Source: Candidatus Binatus sp. (GTDB lineage Bacteria; Desulfobacterota; Binatia; Binatales; Binataceae). Taken from it: 64,000 nt of DNA. The notes beneath the pieces are model-generated. The model was not told where the DNA came from and made no database searches. It saw only the letters and a program-made list of their open reading frames with translations. The DNA lies in contig NZ_JBEKFG010000002.1 in assembly GCF_050013435.1 (NCBI RefSeq), positions 1,071 to 65,070 of the forward strand, written 5' to 3'. Made by a program: the position numbers and the translations under genes. Shown in pieces: positions 55,505 through 64,000 of this stretch. Positions within the stretch are counted from its first letter, which is position 1. Every line of letters starts with the position of its first letter.

Positions 55505-56188
55505 ATGAGCATGGGGAAACATACGCGCCATGCACCCGGAGAAACCACACCGATGACGTCACGAACGAAGTGGATACTAACGGTCTTGCTGGCCGGCGGC
55601 GTTTTGTTCGCGCTGACGCCGATTGGCGTTTCGGCCGAAGCCGCGGGCAACGGCGGCGCCACTGCGGTTTTTTCGGGCGGCTGTTTCTGGGGCGTGGACG
55701 GCGTTTTCAAGCATGTGAAGGGGGTGTCCAAAGTTGTTTCCGGATACGCGGGAGGAACTGCCGACACCGCGAACTACGAAACCGTCGGCACGGGAACGAC
55801 GGGGCATGCTGAGTCGGTGCAGGTCACTTACGATCCTTCGAAGGTTTCGTACGACGATCTGTTGAAAGTATTTTTTTTCGTCGCGCACGATCCGACCGAG
55901 CTGAATCGACAGGGCCCGGATTCAGGAACTCAATATCGGTCCTCGATTTTCTATGAGAACGGCGATCAAAAGAAGATGGCCGATGATTACATCGCCCAAC
56001 TCGAACGCAAGCATTCATTCCTCAAGCCAATCGTAACCAAGGTAGTTCCGCTCACCGCTTTCTACCCGGCCGAAGACTATCATCAAAACTATCTGGCTCT
56101 GCACCCGGATAATCCCTACATCGTCGTCAACGATATGCCGAAACTCGAACGGCTCCGGCAAGACTTCCCCGGCCTGTATCAGCCATAA
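55505..56188 (+). CDS. msrA: Peptide-methionine (S)-S-oxide reductase MsrA, with signal peptide
   Basis: Active site FSGGCFWGV, then GHAESVQVTYDP and GTQYRSSIFY. The N-terminal hydrophobic segment WILTVLLAGGVLFALTPIGVSA suggests export. Confidence 0.9.
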   Translation: MSMGKHTRHAPGETTPMTSRTKWILTVLLAGGVLFALTPIGVSAEAAGNGGATAVFSGGCFWGVDGVFKHVKGVSKVVSGYAGGTADTANYETVGTGTTGHAESVQVTYDPSKVSYDDLLKVFFFVAHDPTELNRQGPDSGTQYRSSIFYENGDQKKMADDYIAQLERKHSFLKPIVTKVVPLTAFYPAEDYHQNYLALHPDNPYIVVNDMPKLERLRQDFPGLYQP

Positions 56189-56260
56189 TCCCGAAGGCGG
56201 AGAAGCATACTACTCCGCGTGGAGCAGGCCAGCGTGCGATGCAAAACGATCGCGGCGCGA

Positions 56261-58072
56261 TCATGCGACGGTGTCGCCGCGACTCTCGATTTGACGCATC
56301 TCCTCGGCGCGCGTGCGGGCCTGATCGGCGGCACGGCGCGCTGAATCCGTTGTCTGGTAGAGCTCGAGCTCGGGGCCGAATTCACCATCAGCAACCGGGC
56401 TGAGCGCGACATCGGTATAATCCTTCGACGCCGGATCGTTCTCGATCTTGCGTCGCAGCCGCTCCAGCCGCCAGAAAAACCACAGGCCGGGCACATAGGT
56501 CGCTGACATCTCTCGCGCGCGCCGCAGAAAAAATCTGAGCGCGTTCTCGCGCGGAAAACCAGGACGGCGCTGCGTGCGCGGCTTGCGGCGAATAACGCCG
56601 CCTTGCAGCGGATGCACCCGCTCGTAGGCGTGACTCCCATAAAAATAGAAAATCATCGAGGCGATCCGCCGCGTGCGCATTCCGCTGGCGGCGGCCCGCT
56701 TGATCAGCGTCTCGATGTGCGCCGGCGAATAGTACAGGTGCCATGCCCGCTGGTAGATATCCTGCCACTGGGCGGCGCTCATCCGTGGATGATCGGCGGT
56801 CGCGTGCTCGGCGTCATACTTGTTGGTATCCGCTTCCATTCGCTCGCCGCGCAGGTACATCTCCTGGTGATCCTTGGAGCCGGGCAGCGGCGTCAGCATG
56901 AAGAACTCCATGATGTCGATCGGGAGTTCGCGCTGGATGATCTGGATGTCACGCTCGATGCTCTCGGGGGTGTCGGACGGGAAGCCGAGGATGTAGCCGG
57001 CATAGGTCAGAACCTTGGCGCGCTTCCACGCCTGGAGCATCCTGCGGTATTCGGTGATGCGATTCTGACCCTTCGATGCGCCCTTGAGGCTGTCGGGATT
57101 GATGTTCTCGAGGCCGATAAAAACTTTCTTGCACCCTGCGCGCACCGACTTCTCCACGAAGTTCGGAATTTTGTGGCACATGGTGTCGACCTGCATGATG
57201 ATGTTTATCTTCAGCCGGTCACGGTGCTTGAGCAGGATGATGCGGTCGAGGATGGCTTCCCAGTTCCGATTGCGCGCGAAATTATCGTCGGTGATGAAGA
57301 AGCTCCGCACGCCTTGCGCCGCGTGCGCGCGAATCAACTGCTCGATGTCGTCGGCGCTGCGATACCGCGACTTGCGCCCCTGCACATTTATGATCGTGCA
57401 GAAGCTGCAGCTGAACGGGCATCCGCGCCCCGCGTCGAAGCATCCGAGCGCCCCGGCGTAGCGCTTGACGTATTTCATCGGAAGGAACGGCAGCGGCTCG
57501 CCGTCCATCGCCGGCAAATCGGCCATGAAGTTGTAAACCGGCGGGAGACGGCCCTCGAACGCAGCGACGAGCAACTCGTCAAGCCGGTGCTCGGCCTCGC
57601 CGGCGAACAGAGTGATTCCGAGCGCGAGCGCGTCCTTCATCTCGGGCGGCATCTCGGGAAGCATCGCGAGACACCCGCTGACGTGGAATCCGCCGATCGC
57701 GACCTGGATTCCCGCGGTGCGCAGTTCGCGCGCGATATCAACCGCGCGGGCAAACTGGTTGGTTTGCACTCCGATCATCAGCACGACGCCACGGTTCGAG
57801 TTGCGCTTGAACCGGCGAATTATCGAACGCACCGGGACTTTCGCGTTAGTTTCGTCGTGCGCCGCGATCTCGAGATCAACTCCCGCGCCGAGGATGGACC
57901 GCGCCTGCGCGTCGAGCGCGAGGCCGTAGATACTCGACAGCGAGCTCGACGGCACGAAGCCGCGCCACCATTGGATGAGATAGCCGTCGTCGTCGTAATG
58001 CGACGGCTTGATCAGCTCGACAAGAAACGCGGTGCGACCCGCTTCTTTCATTTTTTTCCCAAGCATGAGCAA
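56261..58072 (-). CDS. B12-binding-domain radical SAM protein (large, DUF4070-type C-terminus)
   Basis: 603 aa with an N-terminal Rossmann-like B12-binding region (VLMIGVQT...) and the radical SAM cluster motif GCPFSCSFC. The start is ambiguous: TTG 58072, ATG 58066 or ATG 58051. Confidence 0.85.
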   Translation of the reverse strand: MLMLGKKMKEAGRTAFLVELIKPSHYDDDGYLIQWWRGFVPSSSLSSIYGLALDAQARSILGAGVDLEIAAHDETNAKVPVRSIIRRFKRNSNRGVVLMIGVQTNQFARAVDIARELRTAGIQVAIGGFHVSGCLAMLPEMPPEMKDALALGITLFAGEAEHRLDELLVAAFEGRLPPVYNFMADLPAMDGEPLPFLPMKYVKRYAGALGCFDAGRGCPFSCSFCTIINVQGRKSRYRSADDIEQLIRAHAAQGVRSFFITDDNFARNRNWEAILDRIILLKHRDRLKINIIMQVDTMCHKIPNFVEKSVRAGCKKVFIGLENINPDSLKGASKGQNRITEYRRMLQAWKRAKVLTYAGYILGFPSDTPESIERDIQIIQRELPIDIMEFFMLTPLPGSKDHQEMYLRGERMEADTNKYDAEHATADHPRMSAAQWQDIYQRAWHLYYSPAHIETLIKRAAASGMRTRRIASMIFYFYGSHAYERVHPLQGGVIRRKPRTQRRPGFPRENALRFFLRRAREMSATYVPGLWFFWRLERLRRKIENDPASKDYTDVALSPVADGEFGPELELYQTTDSARRAADQARTRAEEMRQIESRGDTVA

Positions 58073-58300
58073 TTTACTCTATTGGTTATCCACAATTCTG
58101 GCTACCTGCGGCATTGTCCGCTGCTCGCGCGGAGGAACCTCGATATTCTGCGGATTGGATCGAGCCGGGAGAAAGAGTAGGTATTGCGCTGGTACAAGTT
58201 GGCATGCACTCCTATCAGAGTATTGATAGGACGCGAATCATAATGAGCGGTTACACAACGGCGCGAGCTGCATATAGCAAGCGCGTCAAAGGAGCGAATC

Positions 58301-58537
58301 TTGGACCTGGATAAATTAGTGACAGAGTTGAAGGAGGAGGCCGACCGGCTCGGTCGAGCTATTGCGGCGCTGGTGGGATATCCCCTTTCAGGGGGCGGCA
58401 AGAAGACGCGCGCCGGCAGGCCAAAGGCGGCCACGCCGAAGAGGCGCAAGCGCGGAGGCCTGACGCCGGAAGGCAGAAAGCGGTTGTCGATCGCGATGAA
58501 GAAGCGTTGGGCAGAGCGCAGGAAGAAGGCTCTGTAG
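58301..58537 (+). CDS. Small highly basic protein (coiled-coil N-terminus, Lys/Arg-rich C-terminus)
   Basis: A TTG start lies 6 nt after AAGGAG. The product is MDLDKLVTELKEEADRLGRAIAAL...KKTRAGRPKAATPKRRKRGGLTPEGRKRLSIAMKKRWAERRKKAL. Confidence 0.5.
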   Translation: MDLDKLVTELKEEADRLGRAIAALVGYPLSGGGKKTRAGRPKAATPKRRKRGGLTPEGRKRLSIAMKKRWAERRKKAL

Positions 58538-58680
58538 CAAACTGCTCGAATCGACGCGAAGACATAAGCCTGCGCTGTCCGCGCGAGTTGGCAGCGCCAA
58601 TCGGCGGGAGGCGATTGCAGCCGCCCGCCAGCTGATGCGCAACTTGTTTACTCAAACCAGGTAATCAAGGAGAGATCAGG

Positions 58681-59262
58681 ATGGCTTTGCTTGTATCGCA
58701 GTTGGGAATCGAAGAAGTAAGGGCGCATCGTACCTGGTTCCTCTGCCTGGGAGCGGTGCTGATCGTCATAGGCACCATTGCGATAGGTAGCACCGAACTC
58801 ATGACGATGGTTTCCGTGATGCTCCTCGGATGGCTGCTGATCTTCGGCGGCCTGTTCGAAATCGTTCACGGATTCGCGCGACGCGCCTGGGGCGGCTTCT
58901 TCATTAATCTCATGGGCGGCGCGCTATACGCGGTGACCGGCATCCTGATGATCACGCATCCGGGAGTGGCGGCCGTGACGCTCACCTTGATGATCGCGAT
59001 GCTGCTGATCGTCGCCGGCACTTTTAGAATTTTCGTAGCCTTTTCGACTCCAATCCATCATCGGGGATGGCTGATCCTGAACGGCGCAATTTCGCTGTTC
59101 CTCGGATTTTCGATCATGAGTTGGTGGCCGAGTTCAGGACTGTGGGTCATCGGACTATTCATCGGCATCGATATGATTTTCGACGGCTGGACCGAAGTGA
59201 TGCTTGCGTTGAGCAGCGGGGGCAGCGGAGGATCTGCAACCGCTCAAACCGCAGGTCCGTGA
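58681..59262 (+). CDS. HdeD / DUF308 family membrane protein
   Basis: 193 aa with six TM-like repeats containing G..L...G....I..G motifs. AAGGAGAG lies upstream. Confidence 0.75.
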   Translation: MALLVSQLGIEEVRAHRTWFLCLGAVLIVIGTIAIGSTELMTMVSVMLLGWLLIFGGLFEIVHGFARRAWGGFFINLMGGALYAVTGILMITHPGVAAVTLTLMIAMLLIVAGTFRIFVAFSTPIHHRGWLILNGAISLFLGFSIMSWWPSSGLWVIGLFIGIDMIFDGWTEVMLALSSGGSGGSATAQTAGP

Positions 59263-59273
59263 TCCTGCCCCAG

Positions 59274-59663
59274 TTAACCCACAGGGCCGCGCATATAGTT
59301 GGATCGATAAGCTTCCAGCGCGGTGCGGACTCGTTGCGCTTCCACGACCATGGAACCGATCGCCGTCTGAAGGCCGTCGGTCTGCCCGTGCCTGGCCCGC
59401 GCTTCGATCTCATGCGACAACTCCATAAGGCGCAGCGCGCCAAAATGACCGCTGCTGCCCTTGACCGCGTGTGCGGTCGCCGCAATTCCGGCGCGGTCGT
59501 CGCGGCTCATCTGCAAGCCGATTGCGTGTACCCGTTCGGTTAAATCGGTAAGGAACACGCCGATGATCTCGGCGACAAATTGCTCGCCCAGTTCATCGCT
59601 TTCGGCGAGCTGAGTAATCGCCCGCATGTCGATCGCCGGAACCCTCGCGGTTTCAATGCTCAC
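59274..59663 (-). CDS. Hpt (histidine phosphotransfer) domain protein
   Basis: 129 aa with the phospho-His motif TAHAVKGSSGHFGA. Confidence 0.78.
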   Translation of the reverse strand: MSIETARVPAIDMRAITQLAESDELGEQFVAEIIGVFLTDLTERVHAIGLQMSRDDRAGIAATAHAVKGSSGHFGALRLMELSHEIEARARHGQTDGLQTAIGSMVVEAQRVRTALEAYRSNYMRGPVG

Positions 59664-59932
59664 TCTTTTTCATCCGGTGCCTGGTTCGCTCAATCCCACC
59701 AAGCGCGCACAGCATGCCTTCGCGCCTGATCGATCCAAGTTGCGTGCCGCCGCGATACCACGGCGTGCAAATCGGGACCGACGCCTGCAATGATTGGCTG
59801 TGGCGGGCAGTCGCGCGCCTTATGAATTCCTGGAAGTTTTGAACGTCGATACCCGGTCCCATCGCGAGCCGCGAGAGTCGTCAAAATCGCGCCGCAGTGT
59901 CATTTGTTTGCCGCGGCGGAATTCGGCCATGC

Positions 59933-60832
59933 TCACTTTGCCCGCGCGACTCCGCGCACCTCGATCAGCGCCATCAGCCGGCTTGGCATAGCGATCCGGA
60001 AATCCATCGAGGCGCCCGACACCGGATGGCAAAACTTGAGCTCGCACGAATGGAGCGCGAGGCGCCGCGCCGGATCGATCGTCGCGCCATATTTACGATC
60101 ACCGACGATCGGATGACCCAGGCCGGCCATCTGCACGCGAATCTGGTTTTTGCGGCCGGTTTCGAGCGTCAGCTCGACCAGCGACTTGTCTTGGCCTGTT
60201 CGTAAGACCCGATAGTGCGTGATTGCCGGCTCGCCACCGCGCTCGACGCGATGCATCCGCAATGACTTGCTCTCTACAAGATTGTCCCGAATCGTGCCAT
60301 TGGCCTTCGCGAGCGCGCCCTCCACGACGGCAAGGTATTTTTTGGTGACGTCCTTCCAATTCTGCTGAAGGACCGCCTGGATCGGGCGGCTTCTTGCGAA
60401 CATCATCAAGCCGGAGGTCTCGCGGTCGAGTCGATGCACGATGAAGGCCTGTTGCGCCGGCGATTTTGTGAGCGCCTTAAGATGTTCGTTGAGGATCCGA
60501 TGCGCGGTTCTCTCTTTCTCGCCTTCCGATCCCATCGAAAGCAGCCCCGCTCGTTTGTCGACCACGACGATATCATCGTCGAGATAAATGATTTTCAGGC
60601 CTTGGCGCTCGATCGACGCGGCGGGGATTTGCTTGCCCGCGGCGATAGTCACCACGTCGCCCGGCTCCAGCTGGGTATCATGCCTGACGGCGGTCATTCG
60701 CTTTACGCTCACCGCCCGGAAGCGCAGAAGATCCTTCGCCTGTTTGCGCGACAGTCCCAGTGGCAGGCCGATCAGATACGGCAGCAGTTCGCATCGCGAC
60801 GAGACGCTGAACTGATGGTCACGCGTAGGCAT
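59933..60832 (-). CDS. RluA family pseudouridine synthase with an S4 domain
   Basis: The ATG at 60832 was chosen. S4-like LSRKQAKDLLRFRAVSV and the catalytic HRLDRETSGLMMFA are both present. Confidence 0.85.
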   Translation of the reverse strand: MPTRDHQFSVSSRCELLPYLIGLPLGLSRKQAKDLLRFRAVSVKRMTAVRHDTQLEPGDVVTIAAGKQIPAASIERQGLKIIYLDDDIVVVDKRAGLLSMGSEGEKERTAHRILNEHLKALTKSPAQQAFIVHRLDRETSGLMMFARSRPIQAVLQQNWKDVTKKYLAVVEGALAKANGTIRDNLVESKSLRMHRVERGGEPAITHYRVLRTGQDKSLVELTLETGRKNQIRVQMAGLGHPIVGDRKYGATIDPARRLALHSCELKFCHPVSGASMDFRIAMPSRLMALIEVRGVARAK

Positions 60833-60871
60833 TGCGGTAATATGGTCGCCCACTATCGATGAAGCGGCAAG

Positions 60872-62953
60872 ATGAGCAGCCCGAATCAACATATCGCCGA
60901 CAGGTTTCCGTGGCTTACCCGCGCACGCGCGGTGGCGGGCGCCTTTGGAATCGCGCTGCTGGTTGTTTTCATCTGGCCGCATGCTCGGCTGGTTACCGAT
61001 TTAGTCATCGTCACGGCTATTCCGGGGACGATTGGGGCGATCGGGTTCGGCTTGACGTTCTGGTCGAGAGCTCGGGTTCAGATTGGGCGGCGACGGCTTC
61101 GATATAAGGCGGTGCGACGAATCGCGGGCATCGTCGCCCTAGCCTGTCTGCCGTTCCTACTGATTCAGCGTGCCTCGATCTATCTTCGTAGCCCGCGCGA
61201 GGTCGTTACTGAAGCTTCGGAAGCCTACCCGGACATGAAGCGCTGGCGAATCCAGGTCGTCGTCGCGATCGCGCATCTCGAGGGTGACGACGGCAAGCAA
61301 CTCGAAGGGCGGTTGCGCGACGCGCTGGCTGACCTCGACCGCCGTCTGCACATCACGCCAGTCATCCTGAATCGCATCATTGCGGTTTCGGGCCGTCCGC
61401 AAGGGATCGCGCACCTTGACGCGCTTGGAGCGGTAACCGATGTGCGCGTCGATGCGTTGATCTGGGGCGGCGCGAAGGGCGTCGCACAGCCGGCTGTCGG
61501 CCCACTCTACGAGACGAGTTTCGGCAGCAACGCGCAATTCGGCGGGGCGTACCTTCCAGCCGACTTCAAGCTGCCGGAATTGCCGATGGACGATCTGTGC
61601 ACGGTGCTGCGTTTGATCGTCGCGACTCAAAGCGGCGAGTTCATGCAGCAGTGGGATTACAAATTTGGCGACGCGCTGGAGCCTTTGATCAAGCAGGTCC
61701 GCGCTATCGCCGACGATCCGCGCAAGACCGCGGGCTGGAGCGCCGACACGCGCGCGCGAGTCAACCTGGTGCTCGGCTTCGCCAACACCACCTCTGGCCG
61801 CGAGCTCAGGTCCGAAGATTCCCTTCATACTGCCATCGCCTACTTTCAGCGGACGCAGGCCGATTGGACGCGCGAACGCGATCCGCTCGAATGGGCGATG
61901 GTGCAGCAAAATCTTGGTTCCGCGCTGAGCGATCTATCCGCCATCAACCTGCAGGCTGCGCCTCTACAGCCGGCGGTGGCGGCTTACCAGAACTCGCTCG
62001 CAGTATATCAGTCACGATCTGATCGGCTCGATTCGGCAAAGGTGCAATTCAGACTCGGAATCGCGTTCGAGAAAATCGGAGCGCATGAAGAGGGCGTGGA
62101 GAGCCTGCGTCGGGCGGTGGATTGTTATCGCGCGGCGTTGAAAGGATTTGACCCTCGCTATTACCCGGTTTACTGGGCAGACGCTCAACGCTACCTCGGC
62201 AACACCCTTGCGACGATGGCCGACCGGGTTCCGGGCACCAAAGAACTCGACGAGGCAATCGCGGCCGATCGGGAAGCATTGAAGTTCTATCGCAAGCAGA
62301 CATGGCCAATATATTGGGCGGTAGCTCAGCACCAACTCGCGCAGAGCCTCTGCCAGCTAGGCGATAAAACCTCGAATCGCGACGTATTGAAAGAGTCGGT
62401 CGCGTTATACCGGCAAATCCTCGATGGGTACCCGCGCCAGACCAATCCGCAGGACTGGGCAGGGATCCAAATCGATCTCGGTAATGCATATCTGGCACTG
62501 AACAACCTTGACGAAAACTCCGGGTACGCGGACCAAGCCGCTCGCGCATTTCGCGCCGCCTTGGAGGAGCTATCGATCGAGCATCAACCGACGGATTGGG
62601 CAACTGCAAAAGCCGATCTCGGAAATGCCCTCTCGGAGTTGGGGGAGAAAACCGGGTCGGACACTTATTATATCGAGCAGGCGATCGACGCCTACCATGA
62701 CGCGCTCAAGGTCATCACGCCGGACCTCAATCCAATCGCGTGGGCATGGACGAAGTACAACTTGGCCGGCGCGCTGGTTGAGCTCGGCGAGCGGGACGCA
62801 GGGGTCAGGCATCTCAAGGAAGCAGTCGATAACTACCGTGACGCGCTGACCGTGTTGTCGAAAGATAAGTCGCCGGAACTGTGGGGAAAGATACAGGACA
62901 ATCTCAAGATTGCGCTCGACGACCTGCATCAGCGCGGCTGGAAGGGCAGTTGA
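60872..62953 (+). CDS. Membrane-anchored tetratricopeptide-repeat protein
   Basis: 693 aa. Three or four N-terminal TM segments are followed by a ~200-aa domain (VVVAIAHLEGDDGKQLEGRLRDAL...). About 9 TPR-like units then carry a recurring W(A/T)..Q.NLG.AL pattern. Confidence 0.75.
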   Translation: MSSPNQHIADRFPWLTRARAVAGAFGIALLVVFIWPHARLVTDLVIVTAIPGTIGAIGFGLTFWSRARVQIGRRRLRYKAVRRIAGIVALACLPFLLIQRASIYLRSPREVVTEASEAYPDMKRWRIQVVVAIAHLEGDDGKQLEGRLRDALADLDRRLHITPVILNRIIAVSGRPQGIAHLDALGAVTDVRVDALIWGGAKGVAQPAVGPLYETSFGSNAQFGGAYLPADFKLPELPMDDLCTVLRLIVATQSGEFMQQWDYKFGDALEPLIKQVRAIADDPRKTAGWSADTRARVNLVLGFANTTSGRELRSEDSLHTAIAYFQRTQADWTRERDPLEWAMVQQNLGSALSDLSAINLQAAPLQPAVAAYQNSLAVYQSRSDRLDSAKVQFRLGIAFEKIGAHEEGVESLRRAVDCYRAALKGFDPRYYPVYWADAQRYLGNTLATMADRVPGTKELDEAIAADREALKFYRKQTWPIYWAVAQHQLAQSLCQLGDKTSNRDVLKESVALYRQILDGYPRQTNPQDWAGIQIDLGNAYLALNNLDENSGYADQAARAFRAALEELSIEHQPTDWATAKADLGNALSELGEKTGSDTYYIEQAIDAYHDALKVITPDLNPIAWAWTKYNLAGALVELGERDAGVRHLKEAVDNYRDALTVLSKDKSPELWGKIQDNLKIALDDLHQRGWKGS

Positions 62954-62957
62954 AAAA

Positions 62958-63782
62958 CTACTCGCGGCTCGGAGTGGCCCCGCCCAGCGCGGGCGCCTCT
63001 TCGTGTTCGTCGAGAACGACCCTCTTGTAGGCGAGCGCGGGCCCCGCGAGCGCCGTCGTCGCCATCGCGATCAGCAGCATATCCAGAGATCCCCGGGTGG
63101 CCGCCGCAAGGCCGGGCGGGTGATATCCGATTAGCGAGTCGAGAATTTGGCGGATGACGAAGTATGGAGCGGAAGAGAGAACGATGATCGCGGCGAGCCG
63201 CTCGATATTTCCCCTGGTTTGCTTCCATGCGGCCGATATTCCCGCATACTTCCGGATGGCGATCGCCGGAAAAACGAAGGAGAGCCGGACGAATCCGATC
63301 GCGAACAGAACAAGTCCTGCGACCATCAGCACTCCCGCCCACATCACGACCTCGTGGTCAAAGTTTCGCTGCCCATAGCGCACGAGTGCGACCGAGGAGC
63401 CGGCAATGATCACTAGCGAGATCACCATCACGGTGGTCGCCAGCAGGTATAGCCATTGAGTCCGCGAGTAGGCGAACGGAGGGTCGGTTGCGATAGCCGG
63501 ACGGCCATAGATCGCCAGCTTCGACCAGGTTACGGAAAACGGCGTGAACAGAACAAAATGCGCAACCGCCATCAAGGCACTCATTGCATTCTTCGACGCG
63601 TCTTCGCGCGCCAGCAGAAAGCTGATCGCACTTACCGCAAGCATCAGCAGAAATGGTACGCCGCCATACTTTACGAGTTCCGGCAGATATTTGAACGGCA
63701 ACCCCAATGAATCCGCCACGATGGGGAAGACAGGCAGCTCGATCACCGTGAATCGCCGCTGACTGTTTGTTTGCTTATTCAC
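62958..63782 (-). CDS. Hypothetical polytopic membrane protein
   Basis: 274 aa, about 6 TM, with a GTG start. No family recognised. Confidence 0.5.
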   Translation of the reverse strand: MNKQTNSQRRFTVIELPVFPIVADSLGLPFKYLPELVKYGGVPFLLMLAVSAISFLLAREDASKNAMSALMAVAHFVLFTPFSVTWSKLAIYGRPAIATDPPFAYSRTQWLYLLATTVMVISLVIIAGSSVALVRYGQRNFDHEVVMWAGVLMVAGLVLFAIGFVRLSFVFPAIAIRKYAGISAAWKQTRGNIERLAAIIVLSSAPYFVIRQILDSLIGYHPPGLAAATRGSLDMLLIAMATTALAGPALAYKRVVLDEHEEAPALGGATPSRE

Positions 63783-63801
63783 TTTTCACTTTTCACTTTT
63801 C
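63781..63801. repeat. Tandem heptamer (ACTTTTC x3; GAAAAGT on the gene strand) overlapping the GTG start of the membrane protein
   Basis: Read directly at 63781-63801. Confidence 0.8.
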
Positions 63802-64000
63802 GCCGTTCGCCACCGCATGACCAATCGGTTCGATCGTGCACGAGTCTGGCAACGGGATCACGCACTGGCAAGTGAACCCTTACTCGGGCGAGGCAATTTA
63901 GGAGAAGGATCCGGGGTCGCTGGGCTTCGCTCGGGATGACGCAGGAAGGCCGCCTCGGTAATCCGAAGATTGCGCAACTGTGTCGATACGCATCAGCAGA

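Noticed and set aside
58086-58094. A perfect DnaA box, TTATCCACA, upstream of the radical SAM gene.
   Set aside because: It is a single isolated 9-mer. Roughly one chance occurrence is expected in a window of this size, and there is no cluster or AT-rich unwinding element nearby.

Overview
A 64 kb, high-GC chromosomal segment from a diderm (Gram-negative type) bacterium; I cannot assign the lineage from sequence alone. About 60 genes are densely packed, mostly housekeeping: tmRNA and smpB, prfB with its +1 frameshift, lnt, ybeY, phoH, alaS, recA, thpR, coaE, a cobS-like gene, class II RNR nrdJ, msrA and an rluA-family gene. Accessory metabolism is interspersed: ferredoxin-P450-pirin, an S9 peptidase, a penicillin-acylase-family Ntn hydrolase, a D-aminoacylase, DUF1800/DUF1501 and a B12-radical SAM enzyme. 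All family calls rest on motifs I recognised in the translated ORFs. No database search was run. Five things deserve a second look. (1) A visibly lower-GC three-gene restriction-modification-like island at 36.1-38.1 kb (HTH, beta-class DPPY methyltransferase, convergent PD-(D/E)xK nuclease) sits between recA and alaS. (2) A co-directional metal-trafficking cluster at 51.3-55.4 kb runs ZIP, small membrane protein, Cys-rich outer-membrane barrel, TlpA, SCO, then a CoxB-like cupredoxin whose CuA site has lost one His and gained two Cys. (3) An uncharacterised 184-aa ORF is translationally coupled between ybeY and lnt, in the slot usually held by corC; I think it may be AbiGi-like. (4) A ~111-nt structured repeat bounded by GCAGGGG-N3/4-CCCCTGC palindromes occurs three times, plus a modular variant. 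(5) A glycoside-hydrolase-like/GT2 fusion is translationally coupled (TGATG) to an MsbA-like ABC exporter. I found no CRISPR array, rRNA, tRNA or transposase. Many long antisense ORFs in the track are high-GC shadow ORFs and were rejected.
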